Shown: positions 38,030-52,625 of the stretch, piece by piece | Numbering within the stretch: the first letter of the stretch is position 1 | Layout: the number at the start of each line of letters is the position of its first letter | NCBI GenBank assembly: GCA_036172245.1 | Contig: JAYWIR010000071.1 | Coordinates: 62,001 to 126,000 of the forward strand | Reading direction: 5' to 3' | Length of the DNA: 64,000 bases | Source: Raillietiella orientalis | Taxonomy: Eukaryota | Position numbers and translations under genes: made by a program | Notes under the pieces: generated by a model | Told to the model about the DNA's origin: nothing | The model's database searches: none | What the model saw: the letters and a program-made list of their open reading frames with translations, nothing else

Positions 38030-41000
38030 ATTTTGTTGTTGTTTCCGTGTTGATGATCCACCTACCGTCGTTTCAGGAGGTCGCGGTCTCAAGCAGCACC
38101 TCGATCCTGTTCTCACCCTCTTGCTGGCGCTTCTTCTCCAAGACGACGTGTGGGAGAGAGCATTGCGGGTTGCAGGGCGGCCAGTTCTGGGCAACGGCGA
38201 TCCAGCCTGTTCTTCCGGGAAGGAAAGCGACCGTTTTTCGGGTGGTGTAGTGCATCCGCGATAGGGTGTGTCGCTCGCCTTACGACATCGATCGAATGCT
38301 TTCCATTTTCTTTTCTTTTATTGTTTCCTCGAGTTTGTTCTGTTACCCTTGGAGACGGGGGAGGTTCGACAATCGGTAGAGCAGGGTTGCCAATTCAGAG
38401 GTTTCCTCCCCAGATCTCCTGTTGCATTCGGTGGAACCCCGCCAGAGGCTGAAATTATTTGATCCAGCCGAACGGGAATTCGAACGGTTTTCGAATCGTC
38501 GGCCGCCAAATGTTACGCCTTTTTCGTGGTTCGAAAGAAACTTTTCGATTCTGGATGTTGTGATTGGTCTCAATTACGATTCCGCATGCTGTTTCCATCT
38601 TGACGTTGGTACATTATGCCATTGTGGTGGATTAACATCATTTTCTTCTTTCATCGTTAATGTGGTTGCGACATTCAAGTTGCGCTTCTCGTGGAGCCGC
38701 GGCGTAGGCGGAGTGAGCTCGTAATTCTGCTCCGTAGCGACGCAGTCGCACCCTTTCGCTTTGTCGGCCGGTGGGTCGCCTGCATTTCCGCAGCGGCCAG
38801 TTGATTCGCACCGGATCTTCGCAGTCCTGGAGCTTCATCGGGGGTGGCGACCTGGCGGGCTCGAATGAAGGACCGACACGTCCCGAAGTAGATGCGCGTG
38901 GCTTGCAAGCCTCCCCATGACGGCACGGAGGCTTCGGCTGTGCAGCTGCAGCCTGCAGGAAGCGCTGCAGAGTTCGGTGACCAGATGCTCCGCTCACCAG
39001 CCGGACCTTGGCAGCGCCGGACCTTCGAGATCCTTCCCAGGAACCTGCGAGAATGGTCCCGGATCCCCTACGCGATTCCCGCGACGCACCATCTCCCGCG
39101 TGGGCGGCCGTGCGGCTCACTCCTCTTAGCGTCGCGGGTTCGAATCCCGCCCGGGAAACGAGAATCGATGCGTCGTGCGTTCCGAGTCCTCCCCTGCAGG
39201 ATAACGCTGATTGGTCTGAAACTTCGGAGGCGACGGTACCGGTGGAAGCCGCTAACCTCCGGATGCCCCTGTTGACTGCCCTCAGGAATCGGTGTAGTGG
39301 ACTCTCCCGGGGGCCTTCCGGGAATCAGGCAGCCCTCCGGGGTTCCCCACCCGCTGCGAAAATGGCGATTCAGCCGGGGGATCCTGTTTTCGAGGGTTGC
39401 CCTCTCCGGAGAGTCGATAAGAAGCGCGCTGCTCCCTTCGAGGGTCTCTTCGGTGGAGGTGTAACGAGGACAGTTTCGCTTGCGTGTTCCCTTGGGAGGA
39501 TTAAAACGGATCACACCCTTCCGGGGGATCCCTCCGCGGATAAGAGGGAAAAGGAGGATTCCTTCGGGGTTCCCTCCCGGGAGCAGGAAGAACGGACTCC
39601 TTCCTCTGGCGGCCTTCCTGGGCTCATGAGGCGGTCCCTTCCCGGGGTACCGCCTATCACTTGAACGGTTGGCACCCAGCCACCTTCCGGCTGCGAGGAC
39701 GGCGTTAAGGAGCTTCGTAAGCTCTTTCCTTCCCTCTCCCGTTCTGCTCCCCTCTCGAAAGGAGGAACGAAAAAAACAAGTCTTCCTCAAAGTCCCCCCC
39801 TGTGATGACGGCGGCCTTGTTGAGCCCCCAGGCTGCGAGTTTCAATCAGGGATCCTCAAAAGGGGGATTCCGCGAAGAAGGAAATGGCTGCAGGACGTGG
39901 GAAGCAGCAGCCAAAAAGGAGCCGGGATCACATCGTCCAGCTGGTGGAGAAACGGGTCTCGCGGACAGGCAGGACCGCTCAGCACAGCTCGTCTTCAGGG
40001 ATCGGCCAGAACACCAGGCCGGGGCTCCGCAGCCAAACGGACAATAGGGCGCTCTTCGGTGAAGGCACGAAGCCACGGGAAAGGAACAGCTGCCCCCCGG
40101 TCGGATGGGAGGAGGTTCGCCGCGGCATCTCGGAAGCGCTCGCTCCGCTTCGTCGCGGCCACGTCCACGCCCCTCCGCTTCCCCCCTCCCCCCCCGCCAG
40201 ATCGCCAACATCGGACAGAGTCCTCACCTTCTGGAACCCTTCGCGGAATCGCGGTGGCGTGCCGCCTGTCCTGCTCGCAAGCGAACCCCGTGCTCGCAGC
40301 TTTTGGTTCCCGCTCGTTGCCCTTCCCTCTCCCCCTCTCATCCCAGTCCGCTGCCCAGCCTGGTCCACCACCACCACCCGTCCTCCGACACTTCGCTCCC
40401 GTGAACCTGCATTCCCGTAGGCGCCTTTCCCATTTCGTCGCCGTCGCCCGTCGGTTCGGAGCGTCCTCTCCGCCTAATGGCGAACCTCAGCTAAACACGC
40501 AAACGTCGGGGATGCACCATCAGACCGCTGCCTGGATCCAGGATCCCTCGCAACAGCACCCAACCGATCACGACTTGGATACGCTGCACCCGCCACCTTC
40601 ACCGGCGGCGGAGCCGCCATCCCGTCCGTCGCTCGAGGTCACTCGTGCCGCCGGCAACGGACGGACGCACCCGTGCATCCACGCCATTTTGCACAGCAAC
40701 CCCACGACCAGCATATTCAGGGAATTGAGCCACTGCGGGAGACCCCGCGCAGCGGCGCCAGCCGTGACACAGACGCCACTCTCCTTCCAGGGTCGTCTTC
40801 CCTAGCTCCTCCGCACCTCCTCCAGGAAAGCAGCCCGCCTTGCGAGTGGCGCACCTAACCCCATCCGCTTACCACCCGCGGCCGCAACCCGCCTCGTCCT
40901 TCGCCCTCGCGCGCCTTGTAGCACTCCGGTTGCATTCCCTTTTCGCGTCTTTCCCTTTTGCGTGGTGTTAGTGCGCAGCATTTATCGCTTGCTGCTCCCA

Positions 41001-44000
41001 ATGACATTTCCAAAGTCCCCTTTTCCAGAGTTCGTTTCTCGAATCTTACGGTTTCCTTGTGCATTTCCATTTGCGTTTTCGCATTTCCTTCGCTCTTTGT
41101 GTGGAATTCGTTTGGTTTTCCTGCCGATGATTTGGTTTCTTTCCTTGCCATCTGGTGCCTCTTCTTCAAATTATCTGTTTGGAGTTCTGCGTGTTCGCTT
41201 GTTATCGTTCCCTTGCTTCTGTAAAGCTCTCTCCCCTTCGTTCGTTGCAACTATTTGTCGTCATTCTTGTTGCATTTGCGCTTTTTCGCGAGCTTTTCCA
41301 GTGCTCCTTGAACTGTTGACCCGGTTTGTTCCCGTTCCTGCTAGATGCTGGTGCCTGCTGCACTTTATGCGTGTTTTCCTGTAATTGTTTCCCATTGGAT
41401 TGCGCGTGCAGAATGTTTCAATTTGCCTTCCTGCCTGCTACGTTCCTGTCTTCCTTGCAATGGTCCTTGATACGGTTGCCCTGTCTTCCTCCTTCCCATC
41501 TCGGGTTGCAGTGCTTTTTTGTTTCCCTCATCAATTGCCTTCGAACGCCATTGAATTGTATGCGCGGTTTTGCTGGTCGCGAAACGTACCGAGGTCGGGA
41601 TATGCGTTCCGTAGATGCTCCGTCTTGCGGGAAGAACTCCTCCTTGCTTGTGCGCATCCCGAAATCGTCGACTGGTGTTCGCTCGTTCCGTCTTTGATGC
41701 AGGTCTTCCGTGTGCTACCTGCTCTTCCGGTTTCTTCCGCCGGAGTTCGTCGGTCCGAGCTGAGTTGCGCGCGTCGTCGTGGTGGATGCGCCGTTTCCGT
41801 CGTGAATGGCGCGAAGGTGATCCGCCTCTGCTCGCTCCGTCGATCCCGCATCTTCGCTTGCGGCCTTCCCGATGATGTTTTTCTTCCGGAGCGCTTTCCT
41901 CCTCCCCTGGTGTTGGCATCGTCCGAGCCCGCTCCGGGTGGTCCCGCAACCCTCCCCTCCTCCCAGATGACCCCTACCTCCTCCGGCATCGCCATCTCTG
42001 GGGATCGGGGAACTGCTCTACGGCTCGGGGAAGCTTCCGCGCAGCCACCGGACCATCGCTACAGGCAACCAACCACCCACGGCTCGCTCGCCCCCGAGCG
42101 GGCGGGTCGCCGTGGTTCCGGCTCGCTTCCAACGCAGCTTCGGTTGGTTGCCTGGTTCCCCCGTGCCGCACGGGATGCTGTCGGAGGTCCTCGGGTCCGG
42201 GGGGACTGCTGAGGACCTCCGTCGGGTGCGGCAGGACTCCACTTTCGGGTTTCTCCCTCCTCCCCCATCCCCGAGGCGAAGTGGCATCCGCTCCCGGAGG
42301 ATCTTCGCGACGACGATCCGCATCCCACGGGCCCACGAGGGCTCCTCCTACGGGATGGACTGCGGCTGCGAGAAGCGCGCGCGCAACGAGAGAACGCACC
42401 CGGGATGCGGGAATGGGTGGAGGCGGCGGGGTGCGCGTCCGCGGCCTTAGGGTCCCCCCTCAAAGGGGACGCCCCCGTGGGGAGGAGGGGGGCGGAACCG
42501 CGCGGGCGGGAGGCGAAAAGTTGGGGCGCGATGGGACGAGGGGAGTTCGCCAGTGGACCCGCGTGACTTCGGAAGTCGGACGTCGACCGCGTTGGCGTCG
42601 CGGATTCGGATCTGCGCCGCCTCCATCGCGTCGGAATGGTCGGCGCCGAGAGCGGGTGGCGCGTCGTGGGCTTCGTGCCCCCTCCTCCCACCCACGGGGA
42701 GCCCCTCGGGGCTTTCAGAGCAGCGACGGGTTCGGATTGCCCCCGTCGGCCTGCAGGCTAACCGCAAGTGCAGCCTCCTGGAATCCCCCCAGGACCCACT
42801 CCGGGTTCTCGGGGTTCCCCCTGCAGTCGTGCAAATCGAGCTGCCAAACCGTGGCGATCGCTGAAACGAGTGCGACGCCAACAGCGGCGTCAGGACCGCC
42901 GCCGGCTTCGACGTCGAGGGCACCGGACGCGTCGCTCATCCCACCACCTCGACCTCGCGTATTCCGAGTTCTCGCGCACATCCTCGGCACCGTCGCTGCC
43001 TCGTTGCCCGAGGAAACGGGAGGACACCTGCGGGAACGCCCTCCCGTCGCGCCTGCGAACGGGAGGGTGAGCCTGTCGGGAGTCCCGGCTCCTTTGGAAA
43101 CCGATCCCTTCTCGCCGATAGAAATGCGCGAGGCGAGGGACGCTTCTGTCCGCGAGGCCGACCCGCAGTGGGAGCCTTCTAGGGCAGCGCGGTGTTCTCC
43201 GGACCGGGCTTTCCCGCGACTCGGCCTGGCGCGGGTGTGCCCCCCTCTATGGTTGCCCGAGGAAGAGCTCCCGCCCGTGAGATTTTCTCTCTGGTCGGTC
43301 TGCCGAAACCGTTCGGATTTCCATTTCCTTACATAGACGTCGCTGGCGCCTGTGCGAGCTCCTTGCCGTTCGCACACTCCCGCCACGCGTCTCCGGGTGG
43401 AAACCCATTCGAACGCCGTGGGCCTATTCTGTATCCGTGGTTCTCACTGGGCGGGGAGGGTGCAGCTTCCTCCCGCACGAAGGGCATGACCGCTGCGGAG
43501 GGCTGGGCATCCGCAGCTGTTTGAGGACGCTAGCACGGAAGGCTGCAAGGAAGCAGCCGCGGGGGGGGGGGGAAGGGGGGCAAAGTAAAGGTGGGTGTGC
43601 GACCGGTTGCTGGGATCGTCGGAACGCAAGCTTCGCTTCTCGGCCGGCCGCGGTTCCCGCGCATTCGCCGTCCCGACTCGACTGCTTGCGACTCCGGGGC
43701 AGGCGGACGGCGGGAATGCGTGTCGCCCGGCCACGCAAAGTGGAGTCTCCGCCCAGAGGTGGTGGCGTCCTCCTGCAGCACGAGAGGCGTGGCGTGGCGT
43801 CGCGTGCTTCTCCCTGCCATGACAGGCGCGCACGGGGCTGGGACGAGTGCTGTGCTCACGCTCCTCGTGCCGCAAAGCGCTTCGGGCAACGCGCGCTGAC
43901 CCCCGTGGGTCATCCACGCCCGCCACGCTGCTTGCGCCCCCGTAGGAGCGGCGAAGGCAGCAGCAGGAATGGAGTCCCGTCGAGAACGGCTGCTGGACCT

Positions 44001-47000
44001 GACCGTGGTGCCACAGCTACAGGGCGGGCTATGACTCGGGGAGGGGAGGACGCTACCACCACCGGGGGCCTCGCCTGCCGCGTGGCCCCTGCCCGCCTCC
44101 CTTCTTCCTTTCGCCCGTGGAGACACAGCGCCCGGCCACGCGGTACAACGGCTCCGCCCAACCTCTTTCCCCGCTCCTCAGGCACGCCCTCGAGAGCTGG
44201 GTCTGGCGAGACGGGCGTTGAGTCCACCCAACCCAGTCTGGAGCACTCTTCCCCTTTTCCCGCGCGGTGCCGGAGGAGGAACGGCTGTGCGCGTTTCCGT
44301 GGCGAGGATGGGCCTTCCGGCTTGCATGCGCAGCTGCGGTCCCGGCGCCACCCCGAGTCGAGTGCGAGCTGCGGGGCCTCTCTTGCCGGCAGCGGCCGCC
44401 CAGCCCACGAACGTGCGTGCGCCCACGGATCGGGTGGCTTTACGGCTTCCATCCGCCCCCCAACTCCAACCTCCCCTCGCGCAGCCAACAAAGTGCGCGC
44501 GCGGGCTGTGCCCTCTTCAGATGCGGGGGCACTGCAAGAAGCGGGAGTTGGCACGAGGAGTCACCGAGCGCGGACGGTCCGACGCGCGCAGGATGCGCGC
44601 CCCGTAGTGGTGATGCAGACGCCGTGACGGCAACGGCGCGGATGGCGGACGATCGATCTCCGTTCTCCCCTTTCCTGACACGACACATCGATGCAGGTTC
44701 GAGTTGGGATGCCCGCAGGGCGTGCGCGCCTGCGCCAGCCAGCGCGTGGTGCAAGTGCACCTACCTTCCTATCCATGCATGTATGTATACGCACTTACAC
44801 AAAAAAAATAAAAACATCCAATCTTTCTCCTCGAAAGAAGGTTCCGGCAAGATAACAACACCCCGCTCTGGCAGTGGCAATGGAGATGTCGAAATTCCGT
44901 TCCACGAACTCGCGCGTTCTCGATAGAAATGCTGAGTAGTGAATCGGGAAATACGAAATGCGTGTCATGGCAACCGCGTGCATTATCGTGCGCGTTTTCA
45001 CAATCCGATTTCGCTAAGCGATGACGCTCCGCAGATGCAGCGGCGGGCGGATTTCAAATGCTGCTGCTTACCAGCAGGTTTTGTGATTCCCGTCCTCTTA
45101 ATAATGACGTCTTCCCTGACTTTCCTGCTCCTCTTAAGGACAGGCAAGCTTCTGAGCTGCTGCAGTTGCCACCATCTCTTTTGTTTAGCCATCCGCCCCG
45201 CCCCTCGCTGGCCCGCACATTGTCCCAACTCTTGAGAGGAGACTTCTCAGTTTCCAACCCTGCATCCGACAGACTTTTGTCCTCGGGTTCCGCCTTCCCC
45301 CCCCCCTCCCCATCCTGCTTCCGTAGCCCACGATTTTGCACTTTTGTTGCTTTCGCAATGAACTCCCCACCGATCATTCTGGGAAGCGATACCAAAATCT
45401 GGACGCACCGCGCCACCCGACCAACCGTTCTTCATCATCCGAGATTTGACCAAGACCACGCACCGTTCACGGGCCTCTTCTTCTCTGTGCAGAGTTGTGT
45501 AATCCGGAGACGGCTGTTTGCTCTCCCATCCCGTCTCTGGTAGCACTCTGCCCGAAGGACTATCTTCTTTCTCTTGCACCACCCTGCGTTCGGCGCCTAA
45601 GAAGCCGGGAGTCATTGCGCTCCTGCTTGGAATTTCAATTCTGGCGATCCTTCCACTCCACAGAGTATGTCCCTTCGCATCGGAGACCATGTGGGGGCTG
45701 AGGTCTTTACGCTTGATACCACCAAGCGTTGCGAGTTCGAACAGTCGTCCAGAATAGACGCCGAGAGATAGGGGATGCGTCATGGATTCGAGTCCCTACC
45801 GCGAGACGGCGCTGGTTAGCCTCCATTCGTTCGGATGCGGCATCGGTAGCGGTTCAAACCGGATGCCCCCCGATTAGTGGCCGGGACAGTGGGAGTCAAC
45901 CCCTGGGGTACTTCCAGGAAAAGGAATCAATGAGTGTGGGGGATCCCCTTCTGGGGACCCTCCATGTCGTGCCATGGAGCTGGTGGATTGATGATAGCTC
46001 TTCAGGGAGTGCAGTGAAGCATGTGCCGCTCCATTCGGAGCGCGCCCTTCTGAGAAATTTCGGAAGTGTCCCTTCGGAGTTCGTCTCCAGTGGAAGAGGA
46101 AACAAAAAGCGGTTCCCTTGCGGGTTCCCTCTAGAGAAGAAATTGATAATGGGAGGATCTTTCCGGGTTCACTCCAGAGAAGAAACGAGGAATGGTTCTC
46201 CCTCCGGAGTGTCCTTCTGGAGAGCATAAGATAGACGGGATTCCCTTCGGGGTTGCCTCCGGAGTCAACTAGAGTATCTCCCCCTCCCCCGCTGTCACGC
46301 TGCCATCCACTAGAACATTCTCTCGTCACGAATCCCATCATTTTTCGATTTCTGGAGCAGAACGGAAACTCAGACGATCACTCCATCCATCCCTTCTCCT
46401 CCTCTAGAGAAGCTGCACGCGATGCACACTCTTCTCAGGACCCGGCTACGTCGCCCCCCTGTCGTGGGTGTTCCGGGCAGCATTCGGTCTGGTCGGACAG
46501 GCCGTTGGGCTGGGGCGGAACCGTAGCGGAAGCGTGGAGAGTGCCTCAGGGGCGTTTTCCTGGCTGCGGTCCGACGGTCAGGACCACCCCTGCTTCTCTC
46601 ATCGACCCCTCTAGGTGGTAGCAGGGCGTCCGTAGAAGTGCTTGGCTGCCGAGACGGGAAGTCGAGGCACGGAGACGACAAGGAGACGAGCCGACCGATA
46701 CCAATGTCGCCCTATAGCGGCCCAGATGACCCCGGCACTCCTTCCCTCCCTCTCCTTTCGTGACCGGATCTTTCGCACCGGACGGACCTTGAGACCGGAG
46801 CAGTCGTATAGTTTGGCGCAGATCCGTGGAGGACCCCGGAAAGCTGGCGACCTTTGTAAAAGCGTGGAAAACACCGGATGGCAGCACTGGACGGCAGGAC
46901 TGCCTGGGGGTTCCTTCGCTGTATTCCTCCTGCTTTTCTTCCCTCTCCCCCTTTTTTCACCTTTTTTCGTAGGGAATCCTTTTTGCTTCTCCTTCCCTCG

Positions 47001-49179
47001 CTTTTCCCTCTTGCGCCCCTGCCCTTCTACTCCCTGTTCCAGCAGGCGCGTCCAAACGGCCCCTGCTGGAACAGGGGGCATCCGGTCAGGAGTAGGGAGC
47101 GTCAGAAGCTCCGAAGGGGGTAGAAAAACTCGTGACGGGAAGCCCGGCAGTCCTTCGTGCGCCCCTTCCTCTGCTGCTTACGGAGGAGGCGTCGAGCGCT
47201 CTCGATGGGTTTGGGATGGATCCCGTAGGCTTCGGAACGATTTTCCTTCTTCCCGTTCGAGATGAAACCAAACCGGAAATCCAGTTGTACCAGCGCGCCT
47301 TTTCTTTATTGGTTCCTGCGAAAGGGCAGAAGCGACGGGGCCAGGAGGTGCATCCCTGGAGAAGGAACCCTCCTCCTGAAGATCCCTCCAAAGCTCAAGT
47401 AGGGAAGACCTCCTGGCCGCCCAAGCTTCCAGGGGGGACATACGAAAGTAGGCCTTCGCTTCGCCTGGAGCCAGACAGACGGGCCGTGGTGGGGTCTCCT
47501 TCTCCGGACAGGGCACAGGAAGATCAATCCGGAGCACCTCATGCCGCTCTCGAGGCTCATCCCTCCCCGGGTAGGTGCTGGGGCGGCGGTCCCTAGGGAG
47601 GGTGGCCTGAAGACCAGGTCGTCATTTGACCTTGAAGATCTTGCTGAGAATGTGCAGCAGCCTCACGACGCGCTGGACTGCTGCCCGCAGGCGGCTGCCT
47701 GAAACTCACATCTGGTGTCGGAAGGAGGTTGACGCGCGAGCGCTGGCGGCTCGCCTGAGAACGGACCAGCGGGAGATTGCTAGGATCAGGGGTTGGCGGC
47801 CGGGAATGGACTCTCCCCCGAGTGCGTTGTAGTCCACGGAGAAGGGGGAATTCCCTAAGGGAGGCAGGGAGCCTTTTGTCTCCTCACGTGTAACAGGGGG
47901 TGCTTCGACCCTCTTCCAGGAGTCAACACCCCCCTTCTCGGCAGCGCATGCGTGTTCTGCCATTTGCGAGGGAACTAGGGAAATCTCGTGGCAACTTCGG
48001 AGTGGTTGCGCGCGGTCGCTACCAGGCCGGCAGCCGATCGAGGGTGCCGCCACTTGGTGGCCCCTCTGAGACTTGAGGGGTGTCCTTAGCCTCCGTTTCG
48101 CGGCCGCAGCTGGGCAACGCGGTGACCTCGGACAAGGAGGCTGTGGCGGCGGCAGAGCCTCCCCTTGACCACGGCAGAGGTGAGTTCGTCACGGAGGGAA
48201 GAGGAAAGACCTCGTCAGAGCGAACTCTTTCCATCCTACGAAAATTCGAGCCCTCGACAGGGAACCGCTGTGCCCCCTCCCTCCCCATTCACTCCAAGAC
48301 GCAGAGCCAGAACGCTCGCTCGCTCGCACGCACGCACGCGCGGAACACGGGCTTTGGAAAACCCACACGCATCTTCCCCTCCCCCTTTCCGCGCCCTCCT
48401 CCCGTTGCCAAGGCCAACCCCTCTGGAGAGGAGTACTCGAAAGCAAACATTCGGGGTGATCCCGGCCGGAGCCCGCCGCCTCCCTAATGAGATTTCCGGA
48501 GCGCAAACAGAGGGGAGAGCAAACAGGAACGGGCTGACGGCATGCCCGGGAACGGACGTTCGGTCTGGGAGCGTTGCCATGGCATCCTCTGTCCCACAAC
48601 GAGGATGAAGAGCCAACCTTCGCGCGCGCGCTCAGGGTGAGCGGGGAGGGAGGGGAGCACAGACGAGATCGGGGCAGTTGGGGACTTGCCCGTCCTCCTT
48701 CCTCTCCCCCCTTGCTCCCTCTGGAGGGATTCCCAGCGCACTCCCCTTTCGCCTCACGGAATCCCCTCGGGAGCGACCGGGAGACCTCTCCCGTGGATTC
48801 GCAGGGGAGGCGGCGTTTTCCTTCCTCCACCCCCACTCGCCCCATCGGGGAAGCGGTGGTCGCTCCGGGAGAGCCCGAGCCTTCCCTTTCTCTTCTCACC
48901 CCCCCCCCTTCCGGGAGCTAAGCCCATAAGGGGCTGCTGTCAGGGATACTCGTCCATCCAAGCCCTGGAGTCTCTTCCCTTCCCCCCAGGACGGAGCGGG
49001 GATCCGATCGGGCTGCACCTGCCAGCGCCTGTCCCCGCCTTGATCGACTGGCGCGTCTTCCCCTACCTCCGGGCGCCCTTCGATCCCTGAAGCAGGAGTC
49101 CGGCGCAGCCCTCGGAGCCCACTCAGGGGAACGTCCTCCTCCCCGCCCCCTCATTCCGTCCGGGGCCGCCCGCCGCGGT

Positions 49180-49220
49180 TCCTCCTCCTCCTCTTCCTCC
49201 TCCTCCTCCTCCTCCTCCTC
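49180..49220. repeat. (TCC)n microsatellite
   Basis: About 13-14 TCC units, reading as poly-Glu on the minus strand. Confidence 0.9.
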
Positions 49221-52075
49221 GCCGCTGCTGGTGTCCTCCTCGGGCCCGCTGAGGATGATCGTTGGGCAGGACGCGCCCCGGCCATCCCTTTCAGCGCGCC
49301 TCTCCCCGGGGCTGAAGAGCAGGAGGCTCCTCGGAGAGGAACCAGCAGGGTCTTGGTCGGGGACCGCCCTCCGGGACCTGCGGAGCGGGCGGGAGAGGGT
49401 CAGGCGCTTCCGCTCCGCTCTGCTCCTCCACGAACCTCCCTGTCCACGTGGTCCGGGCGCCTCCACCATCCCCACCGGAGGGGTAGTCGGGGTCTCCCGT
49501 CGGCTTGGGCCAGGGGGTGTCCCGAGCTCCGGGCGTCCGGAAGGGCTGCTCCCCGGGGAGGCACCACCCCGCGCTGCCTGCGGGCGACGACGATGCGGGA
49601 GCGGACGCCCGGCGGCCCCACCTCTCGGCGGCCCGCGCGTCCATCGGCGGCGGCTCCAGTTGCAGCGAGATCTTGCGGGGCGCCACGTCTTCCATAGGGC
49701 CGGGGGCAACGGGAGAGGCCGACGTTTCACCACCGCCCTTTCAGGAGAGCAGACAGATGAGCCCTCGGTGCGAGTCCCCCCACTCCACCCTTACGCCCCC
49801 CTTCGAAGAATGGGTTCGTCCTGAGGGTTCCCCAGGCGGAGGAGCCCCCAGTACGCGGCCTCACCAGGCGCTTCCCCCGCGAGAAGCGTTCGCGGGAGGA
49901 GCATCCCGGGAAAGACCCCCCATCCCTCGTGCGTGCTCGGCTTCCTTCCCCCCCCCCATCTTTTATCCCTCGGGCCTGTTGCCTTGAGGCGGGAGCCCGC
50001 GCGCGCAGAGCCCGAGGTACCTGCGCTGCTCGACGTCGGTCCTGGGAGGCGCTTCGAGCGGAGGGTCCTGCGGGCCGCTTCCCGAGAGACGAGTCGTCGT
50101 CGGCGCTCCGCTCCCCCTCTGGATGGACTCCCCCACGCGACTGGAGGGAGACCGGCCGGGCGGTCCCAGCTCCAGGCGCCGCGCCGGCGCGCCGGCGCAG
50201 GGGACGAACTCGGCATCCACGACCTCCCCCCACCCCGTCCCCTTTCCCCCAGGCCTCCCTAGCAGGGACATTGGGCGAATTCTGGAGCCCTGAGGGAAGC
50301 CCCACCCTGGGCAGCTGCTCACCAACTTCCAGGCAAGGCAAAAGACCTGCCAGGGAGAACCCCTGAGGGAAGGAGGGGGGGAATACACGAGGTCCGTTGG
50401 CGCGCAGCAGATGCCCTCGGGGGAAGATGCCAATGATCGAGGAGGGCGCGCACTTTGAGACGAAAGCAGGGGCGTGGTCTTTTCTTCCTCCCCTCCTTGG
50501 AGGGGAGGAATTCTCCCTCTTCCCCTCCCTCTGAGTGCTCCGAATGGTCTGCCATTCGTGGAGATGACCAGCGACCCGTGACCACTCTCGGTACACCCCC
50601 GAAGTGGTTGGGCCCGCTCCAGGAGGGGTCGCTGTCCTGAAGAGGAAAGTCCTGCGACGTGCCCGCCAGCCCAGGTTTGTCGGCATCAGAGCCCTTTGCC
50701 CTCGGCTTCCGCTCGGAACCCTCCATGGGCGCCTGCACCCCGCCATCTGAGGCCTCCCGGAAGGCGGAGGGGGTCACCGGCGAAGCCCTCAGCTTTCTGC
50801 CTCCCCGGAGGCAGGCCCTCCGGAAGGGACCACTGGACCGGCCCTCGAGGTGGCGGCCAGCAGCGGCGGTTTCGCTCCGCAGGGGTCCGGGGATGAATAT
50901 TAAGCCGATGGGGATATTAAAAATAAGGAAAGCACTGAAAGAGAATCATTTTTTTTTTTTAGGGAGGGGAACGGGGGGACCGAGGCAGGAACCCCTTAGT
51001 AGGTGGCTGACCTCCCGCTCGGACCTCGATTGCCGATGTGGGGCCGAACTGAGCCACGAGGTCTCCCGGACGACCCCGCTAGCGCTTCTCCAGCTCGGAA
51101 TTCCCCTGAGGACAACTAGAGAAGCCAGAGTCCACTCCGGCTGACCAACGACCCCACGGTCCCACCAAAGCCTCCTGTTGGAATGGACAGCGACTCGAGA
51201 TCTCCCCCCGCTGACAGGAACAGCTCGACGGGAGTCCCTCTGCTCTGCAGCGGTGTCCCCACGTGCCGCCCCGTGGCATCCCTTCCTCGAACGGGGTCGT
51301 CGGGTCTCTGATGACCTCTGTGACCCGCGGATGGCTTCAGTCTCAACGCGAGACTGCGCTTCCTTGGTGGGAAAGGAAGGGCTCTTTCGGCCCGTCGGAA
51401 GTCGGGGCCCAGCGTGGTCACGACCTTTTTCCCCGGCACCCTCCAAGAAGTCTCCGTCCGTGCTTCCTCCCATCTTTCCAGCTTTCGACTTTCCTTTGCT
51501 ACCTCGAAAATCCGTGCAGAAGGGAGCCTCGCCATTCTCCGGGAGAGCAGCGATTGAGGGTGTGCTGGCCCCATGGAGGACTGCAGCAGTGTTCGGGATC
51601 ACCTGCTGGCTTCGGAGCCAACTCCATCCCCCTCCCACAGCCCAGCCAGCTAGCCTCCTCCCCCGTCGGCACCTGGAAGAGATGCCACTCCCTCTTGTCT
51701 GGGGTTCGCAACCTTCGATGCAGCGAAATGGTCAGAAAAGGATTCTCTCGGATGGCAGATCTTCCCAGGCAGAGCATCCCTTTGCTCTGGGGTCGGGGCG
51801 TGCATGGACGACGATGGGGAGGTGTACTCCCGACAGGTGCGCGGTGGATACGGGCACCCGGAGTCAGGGAGTCCAGGAGTCCCCTGCAGGTGGAAGAGCA
51901 CTTCCTTTCCTGCGCGCGCAGCCCCCGTTCCCCCCTCCATTCTTCCCGTTGCCATGGAGGAAGGAGTCCTCATGCGCCGCCGTGGGCGGGGCAGGCTCTG
52001 TTCCTGGCTCCCTCCTGTAGTAGATAGGCTGCCGCGTGCCCCCCAGGCGTTGCAGCAGGAACGACCCCCAGGGGT

Positions 52076-52591
52076 AAAAGGGAGGCACGAGCAACTTCCG
52101 GCTTGGTACCGGGAGAGGAAGGGTTCTGGAAACAAACACTTGCGCTTGTTCTACATTGATCGGTGTACAAACTTATTCTAACGTACGTAGTTTTTCCTAT
52201 TTATTAACGTACATATTATTAACAGTTATATTATTGGAACGCATATATTCATTAACGTCTATTTTCATGCATTCTGTTAATATAATTAAGAAGTTCTTGA
52301 TTATTTGTTGATATTTATATGAAAGATTATAATAAATGGATACATATGCTTGTTACATGTGTTTATACAGAGATTCATATACAGATCAATATATATTACA
52401 AAGATCATAATAAATAAATGTATAGGCTTATCATATATCTTTTACGTTTTCATGTGTCGCAACTTCTTTGTTTCTTTAATTTGCTACCCTTTTTGATCTT
52501 CTTCGGTATTTTTAATTGGACTGATTATTCCCTGCTTTCTGAAATCCGATATTCATATATTCATTAAATGGATATGTATTGTATACATAAG

Positions 52592-52625
<34 letters not shown>

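Noticed and set aside
39093..39157. tRNA-like T-arm GCGGG-TTCGAAT-CCCGC
   Set aside because: No convincing D-arm, anticodon arm or 7-bp acceptor stem, and it is too short; at most a tRNA/SINE relic. tRNAscan-SE would decide.
39669..52020. Numerous 200-400 aa ORFs in the GC-rich block
   Set aside because: Low-complexity Arg/Pro/Gly frames overlapping on both strands, as expected from high GC; none supportable as a CDS.
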